DNA of 64,000 nt from Actinomycetota bacterium (GTDB lineage: Bacteria; Actinomycetota; Nitriliruptoria; Nitriliruptorales; JAHWKO01): positions 168,958 through 232,957 of the forward strand of contig JAHWKW010000001.1 of assembly GCA_019347675.1 (NCBI GenBank), in the 5' to 3' direction. Positions 60,458 through 64,000 of the stretch are shown here, piece after piece (position 1 is the first letter of the stretch; each line of letters opens with the position of its first letter). Position numbers and translations under genes: made by a program. Under the pieces are notes generated by a model that saw only the letters and a program-made list of their open reading frames with translations, searched no databases and was not told where the DNA came from.

Positions 60458-62533
60458 TTGACGCTGATCCGTGAGATGGACCCCACCGGACTGTCGCCGT
60501 ACCTGGCCCAGCACGTCGACAACCCGGTCGATTGGTACCCGTGGGGAGACCGGGCCTTCGAGGAGGCCAAGCGGCGTGACGTCCCGATCTTCCTGTCGGT
60601 CGGGTACTCGGCGTGTCACTGGTGCCACGTGATGGCGCACGAGTCGTTCGAGGACGACCAGGTCGCCGCGCTCCTCAACGAACACTTCGTCGCGGTCAAG
60701 GTCGACCGCGAGGAGCGACCCGATGTGGACGCGGTGTACATGGAGGCGGTCACGGCGCTCACCGGCCACGGCGGCTGGCCGATGTCGGTGTTCCTCACCC
60801 CGGACGGGCGTCCGTTCTTCGGCGGAACGTACTGGCCGAAGGAGGACCGGACGGGCATGCCGGGCTTCGTGCGGGTGCTGCGGTCGGTACACGAGGCATG
60901 GCGCGACCGCCGCGACGAGCTCGCGGCGACGGCGGGGCGGATCGCGGAGGCGTTGGCGGAGCGTGCCGCCGGCCCAGCGGCTGGTGCCGCTGACCCCACG
61001 GTCGCCGACCGCGCCGCTCCGGTGGCGCTGCGCGCCTGGGATCGCACTTTGGGAGGGTTCGGGCAGGCACCGAAGTTCCCGCAAGCCATGACGCTGGAGT
61101 GGCTGGTCGAGCGCCACGTTCGCCTGCGCCGGGACGGTGGCGAGACCGCCGACCGCTGGCTGGAGCCGGTCGCCCACAGCCTCGACGCGATGGCCCGCGG
61201 CGGGATCCACGACCACGTCGGCGGTGGGTTCCATCGGTACTCGACAGACGGGCGTTGGCTCGTCCCGCACTTCGAGAAGATGCTGTACGACAACGCTCTG
61301 CTGGTGGCGGCCTACGCCAAGGCCGCGGCGGTGACCGGCGACCCGCGGTTCGACCGGGTCGCGCGCTCCACCGCCGACTACCTGCTCCGCGACCTGCGCC
61401 ACGACGCCGGCGGGTTCTTCAGCGCCACCGATGCCGACTCCGAAGGGGAAGAGGGCCGCTTCTTCGTGTGGTCGATGGACGAGCTCGCCGACGTTGTCCG
61501 CTCGGTGGGTGCCGATCCCGATCGCTTCGCGGCGTTCTACGGCGCGTCAGCCGGCGGGAACTGGGAAGGCACCAACATCCTGCACGAACCGGTGGACCGC
61601 GGTCGGTTCTGCGCGCAACGCGGCCTGGACCTGGCCGAGTTCGTCGAGGAGCTCGACGCGGTCCGCGCTGCGCTGTACGAGCGGCGCGAGGAGCGCGCCC
61701 ATCCTGGTCTCGACCGCAAGGTCCTGACATCGTGGAACGCGCTGGCGGTGCGGGGCCTGGTCGCCACCGGGATGTACCTGGGGCTGCCCGAGTACGTCGA
61801 CGCGGCGATCACCACGGCGGGCTTCCTGCACGAGGCGCTGGTGGTGGACGGTCGCCTGCACCACGTGTGGAAGGACGGGACCGTGACCGTCCCCGCCTTC
61901 CTCGAGGACGTGGCGACGCTCGCGGTCGCCTGCCTCGACCTGTACGCCGCCACCGGGGACGCGATGTGGTTCGAGCGTGCGGCGCACTGGGCCAACGACG
62001 CGCGCGACCGGTTCCACGACGACGACGACGGCGGGTTCTTCGCGACCGCGCACGACGTCGACGAGCTGTACATCCGTCCCAAGCAGACCTGGGACAACGC
62101 GACCCCGTCCGCGAACAGCGTGATGGCGGAGGCGGGGCTGCGGCTGGCCGGGTACACCGGCGACGCGGCGTGGAGGGACGTCACCGACGAAGTCGTGCGC
62201 CTGTTCCAGGGCGACGCGGAGCGTGCCCCGACCGGGTACGGGTGGTTCCTGCGGGTGGCCGAGGACGTGCTGGCCGGACCACGTGAGGTCGCGGTGGTGG
62301 GCACGCCCGGGCCGCGACGCGAACGACTGGTCCGGGAGCTTTGGGCCGGCCCGCTGCCGGGCGCGGTGGTGGCGGTGGCCGCGCCGGACGGTGACCGCAC
62401 GGCGGTGCCGCTGCTGGAAGGCCGCGACGAGGTGGACGGTCAGCCGGCGGCGTACGTCTGCCGCGACCTGGTCTGCGACCGGCCGGTCACCGAACCGCAC
62501 GAGCTGCGCGCGAAGCTCGACACGCCCGCCTAG
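60458..62533 (+). CDS. Thioredoxin-domain protein of the DUF255/YyaL (SSP411-like) family
   Basis: [54 protein letters not shown]...[12 protein letters not shown]...[22 protein letters not shown], followed by a six-hairpin glycosidase-like C-domain. The start is TTG 60458 (AGGAAGG SD) or ATG 60476. Confidence 0.9.
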   Translation: MTLIREMDPTGLSPYLAQHVDNPVDWYPWGDRAFEEAKRRDVPIFLSVGYSACHWCHVMAHESFEDDQVAALLNEHFVAVKVDREERPDVDAVYMEAVTALTGHGGWPMSVFLTPDGRPFFGGTYWPKEDRTGMPGFVRVLRSVHEAWRDRRDELAATAGRIAEALAERAAGPAAGAADPTVADRAAPVALRAWDRTLGGFGQAPKFPQAMTLEWLVERHVRLRRDGGETADRWLEPVAHSLDAMARGGIHDHVGGGFHRYSTDGRWLVPHFEKMLYDNALLVAAYAKAAAVTGDPRFDRVARSTADYLLRDLRHDAGGFFSATDADSEGEEGRFFVWSMDELADVVRSVGADPDRFAAFYGASAGGNWEGTNILHEPVDRGRFCAQRGLDLAEFVEELDAVRAALYERREERAHPGLDRKVLTSWNALAVRGLVATGMYLGLPEYVDAAITTAGFLHEALVVDGRLHHVWKDGTVTVPAFLEDVATLAVACLDLYAATGDAMWFERAAHWANDARDRFHDDDDGGFFATAHDVDELYIRPKQTWDNATPSANSVMAEAGLRLAGYTGDAAWRDVTDEVVRLFQGDAERAPTGYGWFLRVAEDVLAGPREVAVVGTPGPRRERLVRELWAGPLPGAVVAVAAPDGDRTAVPLLEGRDEVDGQPAAYVCRDLVCDRPVTEPHELRAKLDTPA

Positions 62534-62539
62534 ACCACC

Positions 62540-63571
62540 GTGACCGCACCGCTCCCCGGGCAGGACTGGGGTCGGCGCGACCCGGCCTGGTCGGGGATCC
62601 TCGGAGAGGTCCTGCAGGTGCGCGGCCGGCCGGCACACGTGCTGCGCCGAGCGGCGCGAGACGCAGGCCCGCCGCTCCTGCTGGTCCATGGCCTGGGCGG
62701 ATCGGCCCGCAACTGGCTCGACGTGGCCACGCAGTTGAGCCGCCACGGCGAGGTCGTCGCGGTCGACCTGCCCGGTTTCGGCGGCACACCGGTGCCCGAG
62801 GGTGGCTCCGCCCGGGTCCGGGCCAACGCGGGGTTCCTCGAGGCCGTCCTCGATCGCCTGGGCTGGAGCGACGTGACGGTGATCGGGAACTCGATGGGCG
62901 GGCTGCTGGTCACGTTGCTGGCCGCCGACCGCCACGACCGCGTCGGCCGCCTGGTGCTGATCAACCCGGCGCTGCCCGCGCCGCGCCGGGACATGCTGCG
63001 GTTGCCTCCGGCTGCGGTGTCGCGCATCCTGCCTGCGGCCGTGCCCGGCATCGGTCGGGCGTTGATCGAGTTGGGCTACCGCCGGCGCACCGCGGAGCAG
63101 CTGGTCGACGACTCGTTGGCTTCGGTTGTGGCCGACGTGGACCGGATCCGACCGGCGCTCCGCGACGTCCTCGTCGAGAACCTCGAGGTCGCGCGCACCA
63201 CCACGTGGCGACGCCGGGCCCTGTCAGAGGCCGCCCGTTCGCTGGTCGCGATGCTCGTCGACGCGCGTGAGCCGTTGCTGGCGGTCCACGCCGTCGCCGC
63301 GCCGACGTTGGTGGTGGCCGGCGACCGCGACCGGCTGGTGTCGACGCACGTCATCCGCGGCTTGATGGTCCGCCGCCCTGACTGGGATCACCACGTCCTG
63401 GCCGGTGTGGGCCACTCACCGCATGTGGAGGTCCCCCGGGAGTTCTGCCACGTGGTGGACCGGTGGTTGGTCGACGCCGCAGCGGGCCGGTCTGCGATCC
63501 CCGCGGCGAACCGGGCCGATGACGACGCTGCACGACCTAGCGGTGACGGGCAGCGTCGAGTTCGTCGATGA
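62540..63571 (+). CDS. Alpha/beta hydrolase
   Basis: LLLVHGLGGSARNW...VDLPGFGGT...VIGNSMGGLL...VVAGDRDRLV...GVGHSPHVE. Confidence 0.85.
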   Translation: MTAPLPGQDWGRRDPAWSGILGEVLQVRGRPAHVLRRAARDAGPPLLLVHGLGGSARNWLDVATQLSRHGEVVAVDLPGFGGTPVPEGGSARVRANAGFLEAVLDRLGWSDVTVIGNSMGGLLVTLLAADRHDRVGRLVLINPALPAPRRDMLRLPPAAVSRILPAAVPGIGRALIELGYRRRTAEQLVDDSLASVVADVDRIRPALRDVLVENLEVARTTTWRRRALSEAARSLVAMLVDAREPLLAVHAVAAPTLVVAGDRDRLVSTHVIRGLMVRRPDWDHHVLAGVGHSPHVEVPREFCHVVDRWLVDAAAGRSAIPAANRADDDAARPSGDGQRRVRR

Positions 63572-64000
63572 ACGCACCGACCCGCTGGTTGGTGCGTTGC
63601 GGGACCTCGAACTGTGGGACGTGACCGACGTCCTCCCACACCTCGCAGCGGGCGTCGGGCAACGACTCGCGGACCCGTTCGCAGTACGCCGCCGAGACCA
63701 GCGGATCACCGGTGCCGAACACCCAGTAGGACGGGACCCGCAGCCGTTCGATCGACGTCCAGAACGACCGCCGGCCGCTGGCGCGCTCGGCGGCCAGGTG
63801 CCGCAGGCACGCCAGGATCGCTAGGCGATGGCGGCGGTCACTGAGGTTGCGAACGAACTCCTCGGCCGCTGCCGTGATGTTGTCGGCGCGCAGACAGTAG
63901 GGGTCGTGGAACATCCCGCGGATGGCAGCCTCGACGGTCTCGCGTCGGAACGGAATCGGCGCCAGCCCCACCCAGTGGCCGTGCAGGACCCGCAGCATGG
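63537..64000 (-). CDS. Alpha/beta hydrolase, C-terminal part (the gene continues beyond the window end)
   Basis: VPSYWVFGTGDPLVS...WEDVGHVPQFEVP. The ORF is open at the window edge. Confidence 0.65.
   Translation of the reverse strand, partial: MLRVLHGHWVGLAPIPFRRETVEAAIRGMFHDPYCLRADNITAAAEEFVRNLSDRRHRLAILACLRHLAAERASGRRSFWTSIERLRVPSYWVFGTGDPLVSAAYCERVRESLPDARCEVWEDVGHVPQFEVPQRTNQRVGAFIDELDAARHR

Noticed and set aside
1-64000. Search for [NiFe]-hydrogenase structural genes, hypA/hypB, tRNA, rRNA, transposases and toxin-antitoxin or defence genes
   Set aside because: None was recognisable in any frame. No large-subunit RxCGxC...DPCxxC motifs, GTPase HypB motifs, tRNA-like T-loop contexts or DDE/integrase motifs were seen by eye. 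Absence is by manual inspection only.

Overview
This is a high-GC, densely coding chromosomal segment of actinobacterial type, with about 75 protein genes on both strands. I recognised no rRNA, tRNA, CRISPR array, transposase or integrase. All functional calls come from reading the translated ORFs for motifs; no database search was run. Many long ORFs in the track are antisense or off-frame artefacts of the GC content. I separated real frames from artefacts by motif content, third-position GC (GC3), Shine-Dalgarno (SD) sequences and 4-nt start/stop overlaps.

Landmarks, left to right:
- A MerR-type metal regulator translationally coupled to a 63-aa cysteine-cluster protein, next to a 15-bp tandem repeat.
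- A stand-alone [NiFe]-hydrogenase maturation operon: hypC, a degenerate-SIS/HupF fusion, a GmhA-like SIS gene, then hypD, hypE, hypF. No structural hydrogenase genes and no hypA/hypB are present.
- Housekeeping genes: fdxA, an FrhB-family protein, dCMP deaminase, hppD, an L,D-transpeptidase, folP, pepA and others.
- An operon of a MobC/RHH-like protein, a Kelch lipoprotein and a second lipoprotein.
- A slightly lower-GC polytopic membrane protein (GT-C-like).
- The mycobacterial-type block O-methyltransferase / sigE-rseA-(RseB-like)-htrA-tatB ... mrp.
- An FHA-LuxR regulator, a ParA-like ATPase, a zinc-ribbon protein and a DEAD-box helicase.
- A TPP riboswitch controlling an SSS transporter plus two TenA paralogs. 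It is directly preceded by a 37-bp tandem-repeat array that copies the 5' part of the riboswitch.
- A surface protein with seven FN3 domains, followed by a GAF-GGDEF cyclase.
- ccr, csbD and mca.
- A GCS2 ligase coupled to an AstE/AspA-like hydrolase, and a DUF255 thioredoxin-domain protein.

Most noteworthy observations:
- The riboswitch plus repeat array.
- The metal module: Cys-cluster protein plus a His/Cys-pentapeptide tandem repeat.
- The SIS pair embedded in the hyp operon.
- Two well-supported genes (the DEAD-box helicase and the GCS2 ligase) whose conserved N-termini have no canonical start codon.

I did not find a clear-cut complete novel system such as a defence island. The candidates above are leads, not demonstrations.
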